From Perkinsela sp. CCAP 1560/9 (lineage: Eukaryota > Protista > Euglenozoa: Kinetoplastea), in NCBI GenBank assembly GCA_965644495.1, contig CBFFSA010000071.1, forward strand, positions 1-27,333: a stretch of DNA of 27,333 nt, read 5' to 3'. Made by a program: the position numbers and the translations under genes. The notes under the pieces were generated by a model. It did not search any database, was not told the origin of the DNA, and saw nothing but the letters and a program-made list of their open reading frames with translations. Positions 11,469 to 22,277 of this stretch are shown one piece after another (position 1 is the first letter of the stretch; every line of letters starts with the position of its first letter).

Positions 11469-14132
11469 TTATTTGATGGAAAAGTCACGAACTTCATTCA
11501 AAATAGTATTGGCTTTTCTCAAAACTTCCAAAATTTGCTTGCATTGAGCTCTTCGCTGAGCAACGACCGGAGATTCTTCCAACAAAGTATCAAAAAAGTC
11601 TTCCCGATACAAAGACCCAACCAACTCATTTTGCATACTGTCCTTTGAGTTATTCACCAAAAAGTGCATAATTGTCTTTGGGGTCAAATCCTTGATGTTC
11701 TTCCTTACGATACCAAAATATGAGACCAACAATGTCTGGATCAATTCGCATTCAAATTTATCTTTGTCGGTTTGCGACCTCCCGGGAGTAATCTGAGCAG
11801 GAACAGGAGCCAACTTATCAACAGAACGTGATTGGTGACCACGACCTTGCTGAGATGGAGGAGGGCCTCCGCTTGGGGCCCCTCCACCCTCTCCTTTACC
11901 AAAGAAGACATTAAAGAATGAACCTCCCCCAGCACCATTCTGTTGAGGAGGCGGTCCACCTTGTGGACCTGCAGGAGGGCCATTTGGATTTGGTGCTCTT
12001 CGTCCTGGTCCTCCTGGTCCTCCAGGCCCACCAGGCCCACCAGGCCCTCCTGGTCCAGGGGCGGGTCCTCCAGGCCCAGGAGGAGCTGGTCTATTTCGTT
12101 GTGGTTGTTGAACGGGCTGTGGATGTTGTGGTTGTTGTTGAACAGGTTGTGGTTGTTGGGGACCACCAGGTCCATCACCTCCACCCTGATGAGCTTGAGC
12201 CATTTGTTCGAAGATTCGATAAAAAGCTCCGCCACCTCCAACAAAGTCAGGGTGATTGGTATTGATATAAGACATCTCAACACAGATCAAATTGCTGACC
12301 ATTTTCTTTGTTGGGATTCGGCATTTACGAAGAAGTTCGTTCGATACATCAATGACTTGCTCTCGCATTTTGGAAAAACGCATCATCTCAGGATTTTCAA
12401 GTTGATTAACGGTTCGTTGAAGTTCATCAAATACAAGATCAACGCATTGTAATGAAGGTTCTTCCAATCGCATGATCTGTCTCTTAACAAGCAACTCAAA
12501 CGCAGCCTCAGGAACAAACAAGGCAGCCTTTGGACCTGTGGCATTACGGATAGCAGTTCGAATGTCATTGTGGGTAAGCCCTTCCAACGGATTGATTCGA
12601 TTTAAACATTCACCAAAGATATCATTAAAAATGAAGTTAATTCGAGCACCACCAAACAACTCGTGGACAGTCAAATTCCCAGATGTCCCCTCAATCGTCT
12701 TTTTGTAATCTGTAGAGAATTTCGTGATAACATCCAACAAAAGACCCCCTCGACTCGCAGCACCATCAAGAGCTGAATCACCATAAGACATTAGCTCTGA
12801 TTGAGTTTCTGTCAACATCTTGTTCACTTTGACTTTTAACTCTGGCAAACAATCCCGGATATGATTCATCAAAACCTTATTGAGTGTCTTTGTTAAATAT
12901 TCAGTTCCACAACGAGATGCGATTTGTCGATAAAGAACATGCTTTTGAAAATATTTCGTTTCATTCTTCAGGGCATCACGAATTGGAGTACCAGATTTAA
13001 TGTCGTGTTGACTTCGGAGGACCACTCCCACAAAACCCAACCTCAAAGGGACAACTCGCCCAAGCAACAGATCCATTGCATCAGTTCCCTTTTTGAAATA
13101 AATAAATATTTTTAAATTCCAAAACTTCTCAATAAAATTCAATTCTAACTCTATTTAACCCACTCTCACCCAACCCAACCCAACCCCAAAACCCAAAAAG
13201 GACCTTTTCTTTCTCATTCACTCCACCTTTTTTGTCAAAAAAAAAACACATACCTTATCCATAATATCTAATTTAGTAATAACTCCCAAAGTTCGAGCGC
13301 CATCTGGATCAACTTCCTTGGCCAATCGAAGAGCATCAGAAGTTGCGATATCAGAGTTTCCGGGACTTACAGCTAAAATGACAGCGTTCCTTTAATAAGA
13401 ATAAAAGTTAATCCCTTTCTCTCGGAATATTATATTCTTTGAAGAAAAAATAACAAAAAAAAAGAGTATTCTTCAAATAAGGAAAGAAGAAACAAAAAGA
13501 AAAATACCTTTTGGTGATATACTCCATCAACATAGCGCGGATTTGCATTTCAATATCCGGTGGTTGGTCACCAACAGGAACACGAGTCATACCAGGAAGA
13601 TCGACAAGAGTCAAGTTGAGGACATGGGGAGAAGAAATTTTCAAATTGATTGGTACACGTGAAATTCCTTTTCCTTTTCCTACCACACGAGATGTCTCGT
13701 TCTCGATTTCCTCCCTAATTTTATTGAAATCTGTGAAAATCTGTTTTTGGAATGAGAAAAAGGAAATGAAGGGGAAAAAAAAAAGCAAAAAAAAGCTCTC
13801 TTCGCTTTCTCTTCTCTTTCTCTTTCTTGCTTGAACAAAAACCGATAAAAAGAAGAAGGAGAGATCCAAACCGTGTTTGGTTTATGCAAAAACTCGCCAA
13901 TCTCATTCGGTTCAGTCGGTGTATTCACCAATTGCAAAACAAGAGGACGACGAGTAACAATCCCAGAACCTCGAGGAAGAAAATCCCTTCCAACAATATG
14001 TTCTAACACACTACTCTTTCCACTTGATTGTGCTCCAATGACAACGATTTGGGGAAGATCGATTGGATCAAACCCGCCTACTGATGTGAAGGCGTCTTGG
14101 AGGCGGTTGATCACTGGAATCAGAGTCTCCAT
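11469..14132 (-). CDS. dymA: Dynamin-related GTPase of the Drp1/Dnm1/DymA type (749 aa, 4 exons)
   Basis: Exons 14132-13872, 13740-13508, 13389-13254, 13088-11469. G1 GAQSSGKS, G2 IVTRRP, G3 DLPG, G4 TKLD; middle domain ELFGGARI and YINTNHPDF; [27 protein letters not shown]. No PH domain; Gly/Pro/Gln-rich variable insert. Symbol reflects similarity to Dictyostelium DymA, not proven orthology. Confidence 0.95.
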
Positions 14133-14402
14133 TTTTTTCGGAAAGGTTGGAACGAAATTTGAATTTGAGAAGAGAAACAAAGAAGAAAAGGAAAGGAAAG
14201 AAGTTGAGAAGAACTGAAAGAGAGAGGAAGTTCAACAAATCTGTTTTTTTTGGAGAAACAAAACAAAACGCTCTCCTTTTCAATACGGGAAAATCCTGTG
14301 GTGCCTATGTGGCACTCCATTCTGAGGTTAAAAAGGACTTTTTGTTCATTTTGCGTTTCGGGATGTTGTTTCTGATTTCTGGTTTTCTCCAATTTGAAGA
14401 AA

Positions 14403-15329
14403 ATGGAAAAGGGTAAAGGGAAAAGAAAAAGAACTGCCAACAACAAATATTTTGGGGGTGATTGGGAACCACTTGAGTTCATTGGACCAAAAAAGCGATT
14501 GCGAAAGAACGACGACGATGAAAAGAACGACGACGAAAAGAACGACGACGATGAAAAGAGCGAAAAGAAAAGCCAACAACACAAAAAAAAGACGAACAAG
14601 ACAACAGCGTCAGCGAGAACGACAAACAAGAAGAGGAAATCCCCTTCCATCAACCAAGAACAACAAAAAAAGAAAAAACAGGTGAAGGAAGTGGGAGGAG
14701 ATGGGGTGGTGATGATACAAGAGGGTGGTGGCCAGCAGCAGCAGCAAGGTGGGAGGGGGTTAAAAGAAGTCGTTGAAACAACAACAAGAAGAGAAGATCC
14801 CATTGTGTGTTGTCATTTTGTGGATGCATCTACAACTCAGACTGCTGCTGGATTGCCACAATCTTCAACAATTCACATTTCGTTGTCTTGGTTTGTTAAC
14901 TTCTGTGTTGTTTCGAAATTTGAGGAAAGGTTAAGGTGGTCATGGAAGAATAAGAGACGTGCAATCACAGGGAGTTTTCCTCTGCCTTCTGAGGTGTTTG
15001 ACTTCTTTTTTCAATCTATTGGGACTTCTTTTGAGAATGAGAAAAGAATCAAGAAAATAATTACAAAGGTGGAAGACCTTGAAAAATTGGATCAGAAGTT
15101 TGGATCTTCAACTCGATGGCGCAAATGTGATTTTCCTTTGGAAAATGGAGTGGAAGATGGGAAGAATGCGATTGTTCTTCAATATCTTCAGCCTTGTGGT
15201 ATGTGTTGGCCACCAATTATGATGAAGGCAGAATCCCCACTTGAAATTTTCTATGACAAGAAGACATTGTCCATGAAGTTTTCTGCGTCAGTACAAGGAA
15301 CAAACTCAACTGATGCTGTTCGTTACTGA
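14403..15329 (+). CDS. Hypothetical 308-aa protein: basic/low-complexity N-terminus with NLS-like motifs and a globular C-terminal ~175 aa
   Basis: Uninterrupted ORF with ATG at 14403; KGKRKR and PKKRLRK motifs; normal-complexity C-terminal half; followed by an A-rich 3' region. Confidence 0.65.
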   Translation: MEKGKGKRKRTANNKYFGGDWEPLEFIGPKKRLRKNDDDEKNDDEKNDDDEKSEKKSQQHKKKTNKTTASARTTNKKRKSPSINQEQQKKKKQVKEVGGDGVVMIQEGGGQQQQQGGRGLKEVVETTTRREDPIVCCHFVDASTTQTAAGLPQSSTIHISLSWFVNFCVVSKFEERLRWSWKNKRRAITGSFPLPSEVFDFFFQSIGTSFENEKRIKKIITKVEDLEKLDQKFGSSTRWRKCDFPLENGVEDGKNAIVLQYLQPCGMCWPPIMMKAESPLEIFYDKKTLSMKFSASVQGTNSTDAVRY

Positions 15330-15606
15330 GCCAGAATGCTGCTGTGTGGGGGGGTGGGTGGGTGAGAGGGAGAAAAGAAAGAGGTTTTTGAGATCAAATA
15401 AATAAAAAAATGAGAATATTGAAGAGTTAAAAATAAAAAATTGTCTTGTCTTCAAAAAAAAAGAAAGAAATATTTTTAATATTTAAAAAAGAAAAAGAAA
15501 AAAGAAAAAAGAAAAAGAAAAAGAAAAAAGAAATAAAGGGGGTAAAAAGAAATAAGAAAAAAAAAGAAATTTTGGAAGAAACACTTTTATTTTAAAAAAA
15601 TTGATC

Positions 15607-16767
15607 TTAATCAAGATTCATCCTCTGCCCATCAGAAAAAATCTCTTCTTTTTTTAATCCTTTAGCTTTCAAGAAGGGGTGTTGGAGAAGAAAAATCCCA
15701 ATCCATCTGTTTTCTGGGTTTCCTTCATAATCCCGAATTCCATGCTCAACCAATCTTGAGTCAAGCAAAATCGCATCCCCAACCTTCCATTTGAATGCAG
15801 CATCCAACCCCCCCAACTCCAAGGCCCCTTTTTTCCCTTCTTCCACTTGGATCGGAAACAAAAAGGAAAGGTAATCATTTGGATCTCGGTGAAATTTGGA
15901 TGAACCTTGACCACACATAAAAAGATGGAAAGAACCAAAAGGAAAGTCGTCAAGTTGATCAGTCAGTTGGGCAATTTTTGGTCGATACTTTTTCACACAA
16001 CCAGAAGCAATGTTGGCAATCGGAGCCAATTCAGCATGCAAAAGATTTCGGCTTTCTTCATTTTTCCCCACCTTCCCAGCATGATATATTTTGGGTTTAC
16101 CTTGTTCAGTCCAAAAACCAGACTCAACAAATTGTTTTCTTCCAGAGTCACTTCGCCGAGAATCCCTTTTGGTCTCCCACCAGCTGCTATTCTGCTGTAG
16201 AACATGCGCAAGAGGTTCAATCAAATCTTTCGGAATTAGTTTTGTGAGAAGTTGTGCAATTGGTGTGCAAAGTGAGCGAAGAGGAGGGGAAGGTACCGAT
16301 GACAATGAGGAGGAGGAGGAGGAAGATGAACATGAGGATGAGGAGGAGGAAGAAGAAGAAGAAGAAGAGGCAGAGGAGGAAGAGGATGGAGTTTGTGATG
16401 GTGTTGGAGAAGATAGAGGAAGGGGATCACCTCCTTTCTTTCTTTTCTTTTTTGGGGGAGAGCTTCCTTGACAACAAGAAGAAGAAGAAGAAGAAGGGGA
16501 AGGAGGCTTGATTCCAACAAATACAATTGTGTTTTTGCTGTAGATTTTGACTGGTGATGACTTTGGGCCAAACGGAGTGTTAAGAGCAAAAACATTTTGT
16601 GGTGGATCAGGGACCCACAATTTGTGGATTTGTTTTTTTTTTGCAGGGTTCTTTTGAGATCGTTTTCGTTTTTGATTTCGCTTTTGATTTCGAATTCGAT
16701 TTCGATTTCGTTTGTTTGCCAGAGAATCACAGGGAAAAACAGGAGCTTTACTCATATCATCATCCAT
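15607..16767 (-). CDS. TET/JBP-like 2-oxoglutarate/Fe(II) dioxygenase; a possible extra 5' exon at 17291-17178
   Basis: HxD in SKFHRDPND (H 15889-15891, D 15883-15885), GALELGG, VGDAILLDSR, distal H in VEHGI (15742-15744), 2OG-binding R in ENRWIGIF (15706-15708). Basic NLS-like and Ser-rich N-terminus. The 2OG-Fe(II) fold is well supported; TET/JBP subfamily assignment is from motif style. Confidence 0.78.
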   Translation of the reverse strand: MDDDMSKAPVFPCDSLANKRNRNRIRNQKRNQKRKRSQKNPAKKKQIHKLWVPDPPQNVFALNTPFGPKSSPVKIYSKNTIVFVGIKPPSPSSSSSSCCQGSSPPKKKRKKGGDPLPLSSPTPSQTPSSSSSASSSSSSSSSSSSCSSSSSSSSLSSVPSPPLRSLCTPIAQLLTKLIPKDLIEPLAHVLQQNSSWWETKRDSRRSDSGRKQFVESGFWTEQGKPKIYHAGKVGKNEESRNLLHAELAPIANIASGCVKKYRPKIAQLTDQLDDFPFGSFHLFMCGQGSSKFHRDPNDYLSFLFPIQVEEGKKGALELGGLDAAFKWKVGDAILLDSRLVEHGIRDYEGNPENRWIGIFLLQHPFLKAKGLKKEEIFSDGQRMNLD

Positions 16768-16786
16768 CTTTATCAATTGTTATCTT

Positions 16787-17176
16787 GAAAAAGAGAAGAA
16801 AAGAAATGAGAAGAAAAAAGAAAAAAGAAAAAAAAGAAAAAAGAAAAAGAAAAGAAAAAAAAAAAAAAGAAAAGAAAAAAAAAAAAGAAAAGAAAAAAAA
16901 AAGAGGAACAGAGAAAAGAAAAAGAAAGAAAAAAAAAAGAAAAAAAAGAAAAAAGAAGAGAAAAAGAAGAGAAAGAAAAAGAAGAGAAAAAGAAAAAAGA
17001 TAAAAAAAGAAAAAAAAAGAAAAAAAAAGAAAAAAAAAAGAAAAAAAAAAGAAAAAAGGAAAGAAAAAGAAGAGAAAGAAAAAGAAGAGAAAAAGAAAAA
17101 AGATAAAAAAAGAAAAAAAAAGAAAAAAGGAAAGAAAAAGAAGACAAAGAAAAAGGAAAGAAAAAGAAAAAAAAAA
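16787..17176. repeat. ~390-bp nearly pure A/G low-complexity tract, probably an intron of the dioxygenase gene (minus strand, 17177-16768)
   Basis: Only a handful of pyrimidines on the + strand. On the minus strand it starts GTTTTT at 17177 and can end at AAG|ATG (16768/16767) in phase 0. Confidence 0.8.
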
Positions 17177-17663
17177 CTTTTTTCTTGGCTTTCCATTTTT
17201 TCACTTTCCAAATTATCACAAAAAAGGAGACACTCGGGTCAGTTGAGAGGTTGGGGGGGGGGTGTTGTAGAAGTCGAGGATTACCATTCATTTCCTAGAG
17301 ATGTTTTCCTCCTTCTACGACTCTCCTCCTTCTCTCTCTCTCTCTCTCCTGTTTGTCTTCCAACCAAAAAAAAAAGCTTGTTCAAATAAAGGGTCCCTAT
17401 TTTTTTTTTTTGTTTTCTCCCTTGTCTCTTGTCTCTCTCCAAATATTTTAACTCTCCATTTAATTGGGTTTTCAAAGAGTTCTTTCTAAGTGTGTGGATC
17501 AATTGCCAGAAAAAGGGTTCTGTTTGCCTCTCTTTCTAGGTGTGTGTGTTGTTGAGTTTTTTCTGAGAAGAAGTTTTGAGAAGATTCTTTGTCCCTGCCA
17601 CCCCCCACCTTATTTCCCTCTCTCATTCTTTCATTCAGGTTTAGAAGAAACTAGTTGTGTAGG

Positions 17664-20600
17664 ATGAACATCGACTTTGTTCTTGATGGATCGAAAGGGA
17701 GGATGAAGCGAAAGAAATACAACCCACCAGATCTTTGTGATGATTCCTCGTCCTCCTTTGTTGGAAACAGTGATCTCTCTTCCTCTTCCTCCTCTTTCCT
17801 TCGAGAGGAGCAAGAGACCCTTCTCAAATTTCATTCACACCTGGGGAAAAATCGAACGCAAGAGCCTCCCTCACAGACGTTAACAAATCCAGAACTGAGA
17901 GCCTGTTTTTCCCAATTTGAAGAGAGGATAAAAGGCACAAAACCTCATATTAATCTTTGGTCGCTTGAAGAACTTCTGAAAGTTCAACAAAGGGAAATCC
18001 AGGAGCTGAAAGAGATGCTTCAAGCGAGAGAGGTTCATTGGAGGGATCAAGTGAGTGAGCACACCAAACAATCAGTGCTTATGGGTGCGCTGGCGGAACG
18101 AATCGATTTTCTCCGGTACAAATCAGAGGGAACACGCAAATCGCTCCTTCGGTTACAAAGGAAAGCGAAGAAACACCACTTAGAACGAGATATAAAACAA
18201 ACCCAGAGAGTGAGGAGGATAGAACTCTTCAAAAAGAAGCTGGCAACATTGAGGGACTCCATTTTATTTCTTGAGGACTTTGCGATTGAACTGGAAGTCG
18301 AAAATAAGGATCTCTTAGAAGGAGAGAAGAAAAAACATAAAGTATTTGAGGATGGCTCTCGATGGATGATGAAACTGCTCAAAGCTTTTAGTGTTGGGGC
18401 TCCGGAGAATTCGTTCAATCCAATCCAATTTCTGAAGATGTGGATGTCTCACTTCGTAAATGATTCTCTCCCAGACTTCCAAGCGAAACTATTAAAAGAA
18501 GTGGTTGACCAGAGCCACTTTTCCATCCAAGAGGCGATAAAAATTGATCCAGAGGAAATGGCGACGGTGTTAGATCGAACAGGGATGTCACTTTGTCGTT
18601 ACGAAATTCTGGAGAACAAAGTGAGAGAGATATTGGCGAGAAAAGGATTGGAAGATCTGACCCCCTTACCTTTAATGCATAAGGTGAAAGGAGCGATTCA
18701 ACGGACCCAGAAATTGATCCCCTCTCTCTTTGAGTTCGATGATCCACCTAAGAGAACGAACAGACAAAAGAAGTTGATGGGTATAGCGTGTTGTCGACTT
18801 GCTTCTGTGGTTGAATGGATTTGTTTTGCATTGACTGGGGTCTCCGATATTGGAAAGGCTGCGACATGGAAGGTACATGCCGATGGAAGGAGTTTTTGTA
18901 AAGGGGTTAATCAAGTTGTTCTTTCAGTCCAACCAATTGGCCTTCCCTTGTGGCATTTCAATGAAGGTCAAACAAAAGGAGAGTCAGACCCAGCGAAAAA
19001 CAAGCAGTGGGCCAAAGAGAGCTCTTACCTGGTCTTCCCTTTTTTAATTTTCCAAGGGGGCGAAAAGAAACACACTTTTCAAGAGGCGATTCCAAACCAT
19101 GTGTTTTCTGACATGATTCGCTTAGAACATGATGGCCTCCATTTTATGCCCAGCCAAAGCCCAAACGAAGAGAATATTTATCGGAGGGGAACTCTCCCAG
19201 GTTGCGAAGAGGGCTCAGTGAAGTGGTGCAGTGGAGTTTTGTTTGAATTATCTTCTCCGCTCCCAGAATGGAGTCCTCCCACTCGTCATTGGAACAAAAC
19301 AGCATCAACCTCAACAATGGATGTGGTGGGGGAGGAAGGTCAAAGTGGAGAGGGGGCAAAGGGAAAGCCTGAAGACATTGTGAATGAGAAAAGTCTTCTT
19401 TGGAAATCAATTGGAGGGGATGTGGAAGAATGTGATGATGATGATGCTGACAATGATGGGAATGATGATGAGATGAGTCAACAACAATCTTGGGAAGGAA
19501 AAGAAGAAGAATTGCGAAAAGATCCATTATCAACCACTCTGGAATCCCTCTCAAGATTAACTCGAAATCTGATACCATTTGGTGCGGTGGATGCAATGGG
19601 AGTTCAGTTATTTTGGGACCCATCTACTGGCTGGAGAATTGTTCCAATTGAAGAGAACCCTTTTCAGTGGAATCATAACCATCACCCCCCCTCTTCCTCG
19701 CTTGAACATTCTTCAATCAGTCATCAGGAGGAGAGCTCCCCTTCTCGAGAATCCATTGGGAGGAGGGATGATCCTTTTTTCCCCTTTCCTCCTTCTAGTG
19801 GTTCTGTTTCCCCTGAATCACCACCACAATCACCACTGATCTCTTTTTCTCAGTCCCCTCTTCTCAATGACCAAACCTCACAAAATTTATCAGCACCATT
19901 TGTTGATTTGTCTCGTCCCCCAATGGGTTATTCTCCATCATTATCATTCCCATCACAACAATCCCTATTCTTGCCACATTCACAACCCCATTCTCAAAAA
20001 AATTCTCTTTCCCCAATTCTTTCTTTTGAAAATCTCTTTCTTTCACCAGAAGAATTTCCATTTGATTTCTCCTTGTCTGATGGTTTCATTTTGCAAAATG
20101 ATGATGATGATGATGTTGGTGATTCCTTCATATCATCTATGCAAGATGTTGGTGGTTTATCATCAATGCGAGATCACGATGCGATATCATTTTTGAAAGA
20201 ATCTCCTGCTGCTGCTTTGTTGGAACCAACAGTACAAAGAGTTGATACAACAAAGAAGCAGCTGCCCTCTCTTCCTTTTGTCCACCATTGTGTCTTTATT
20301 ATGTGCGGGGACCTGGCAAGCATTTGGGCCTTGTTTGGTTTTTGTTCTGGGATCTTTGATCAACAACATTGCCCTTATTGTACTATTGCAAGAGTGGACC
20401 AATGGCTTGGATCATCATCTGGGCCAGATCCAGTCTCTCGAAGGAAATGGTCTCAAGACACTCCACTCCCTGTTTCTCCAAGCCGATTTGTGATGTGCCT
20501 CCTTCACTGTACGTTGAGAATTGGAGATTTTGCAATTGAGAATTTGTTGAGCGATTGTCTGAATGAACAATACCTTGGTTTGCCCAAATCTCAGAGACCT

Positions 20601-21175
20601 GTTTTTCATGGAAAGAAAGGAAAAGCCAATTCTTCTCCGCAGTATTTTTTGGTGGATCGAAGTCTCAATGGGTTAAAAAAGAAGGAATTGAGGGAGAAAA
20701 TTTGCTCTCACCTGAAGCAAAAAGTAGGAAGGCAGGAATGGAGGAAAGCATTTAAAAATATTTCTATCTCTGTTCAACTGGAAGGATTGGGAATGGATGA
20801 GAAAGAGGAAAAGGGAAAGAAAAAGAGAAAAAGAAAAGCAGTTGTTGGTGGTTTTTGCCCAAGCGTTGCTACTGTACCTCAACTCACAGTCATTGCCAAC
20901 AAGCTATCAGTGAGTAAATTTACTGATGAAATAGGAGCTGATGCAGCCAAGGAAGTTGAGAGATTAACAGCTGCCAGCTTTAAAAGTGTAAACGATGAGG
21001 CAAAGAGGAAGTTTGGAAAAGGAGGTGGGAAGAAGATTCAGCTTACATGGAGACTTTTTTCTGCTTGGTATTATGAACGAAAGGAAGAAAGAGATGATGG
21101 GAAAGCAGAACAAGAAGTTTGTGGCCAAGATGGTGGTGAAGGCAGCTCAATGGGTGAGGATGATGATGATGATGT

Positions 21176-21216
<41 letters not shown>

Positions 21217-22277
21217 GTGATGATGGTGATGATGATGATTGCTTATCTTCTCTTCCTGAATCAAGCTTTGAGACAGAAAGGGCGGAAGAGGAGAGTCCCT
21301 CAATCCTTCTTGCATCTGGGCAGGATGACACAACTTCTCCTCTATTAGAAGATATGTTGATGGCTGATGATTTGATTGAAACTGATGAAAGATTGACAAC
21401 TCAATCAATGCTTAAATTGGCCAAAGTTTTTGCGGATCTTCACCTTCCTTTGCGATTTTTTGTTGAAACTGATGGAGAGCTGCAAGTTGGGCGGTACTCT
21501 GGCAAAGAGATGAAGAAAATCTTTCAAAATGCGAATGAAATATTTTCTTGCAATCCCAATGCTGCAAAGAAACACAATGGCCTTTCTCCTGCAAGATTAT
21601 GGTCACAGTTTTATGATATTTTTTCTCTAATATCTTCTGATCCTCCGAAAGGAAAAACTCGAAGAGAGGTCGCTGCTGATTTTACAACTCGCTTTCAAGT
21701 TTGGAAGAGTTCATTTCTTGGGGATGGGGGGTTTTGTCGAAAAGAATGGCGAATTTATTTTCACATCTTGGAAATGCATGTTGGGGAAGTCTATGAAAAA
21801 TTTGGGAATTTGAAGACCTGGGGCAATGAGGCAGGTGAGCATCTGCATGCACTAGATCGGATCTATTTTTTTCAGAGAAAGCGATATGGCTTAAATGCCC
21901 TAAATCATGCAGTTCTCACAAATGCCTATCAACTCCGAATGGGTCATTCTTCAATGGGGAATTACCAAATTCCTCAGCAAATTCCTGAGCGTGTTAAAAA
22001 TGTTCAACCAAAGCTTTCTCGTGTTTGTGAAATTCCTGCACTATTTACACCATCAACATCATCAACGCTATCTTCATCTTCTTTGCTCTCAACATCATCA
22101 TCTTCATCTTCTTTGCTCTCAACATCATCTTCATCTTCTTTGCTCTTGACATCATCTTCATCTCCTTTTCTCCCATCACATTTCTCCTGTGAGAATTGTG
22201 GAAAAGGGCAATATTATGATCAATGTTGTCACATTGATTTATGTGAACAATGTCTCCGAGATCATCAATGTAATTGA
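17664..22277 (+). CDS. RAG1/Transib-superfamily DDE transposase-like protein, 1537 aa, with N-terminal coiled coil, large low-complexity inserts and C-terminal Cys/His finger
   Basis: WKVHADGR (D407, nt 18882), MCGDL (D883, nt 20310), CPYC (nt 20370-20381), CLLHCTLRIG (H948), RYSGKEMKKI, and YFHILEMHVGEVYEKFGNLKTWGNEAGE (E1392, nt 21837). The last block aligns without gaps to RAG1 [28 protein letters not shown]. Confidence 0.88.
21159..21239 (+). repeat. (GAT)n microsatellite encoding a poly-Asp tract inside the transposase
   Basis: 27 consecutive GAT/GTT/GGT triplets, in frame. Confidence 0.95.
22071..22163 (+). repeat. Coding minisatellite, about 3.3 copies of a 27-30-bp unit (tcttcatcttctttgctctcaacatca[tca])
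   Basis: Direct tandem copies encoding SSSSLLSTS repeats just before the C-terminal Cys/His cluster. Confidence 0.9.

Noticed and set aside
16599-17389. Lys/Arg/Glu-rich and Phe-rich ORFs across the A/G tract
   Set aside because: Artefacts of a low-complexity tract that contains almost no stop codons.
20995-21408. Poly-Met, poly-His and poly-Ser ORFs
   Set aside because: Alternative frames of the (GAT)n microsatellite inside the transposase.
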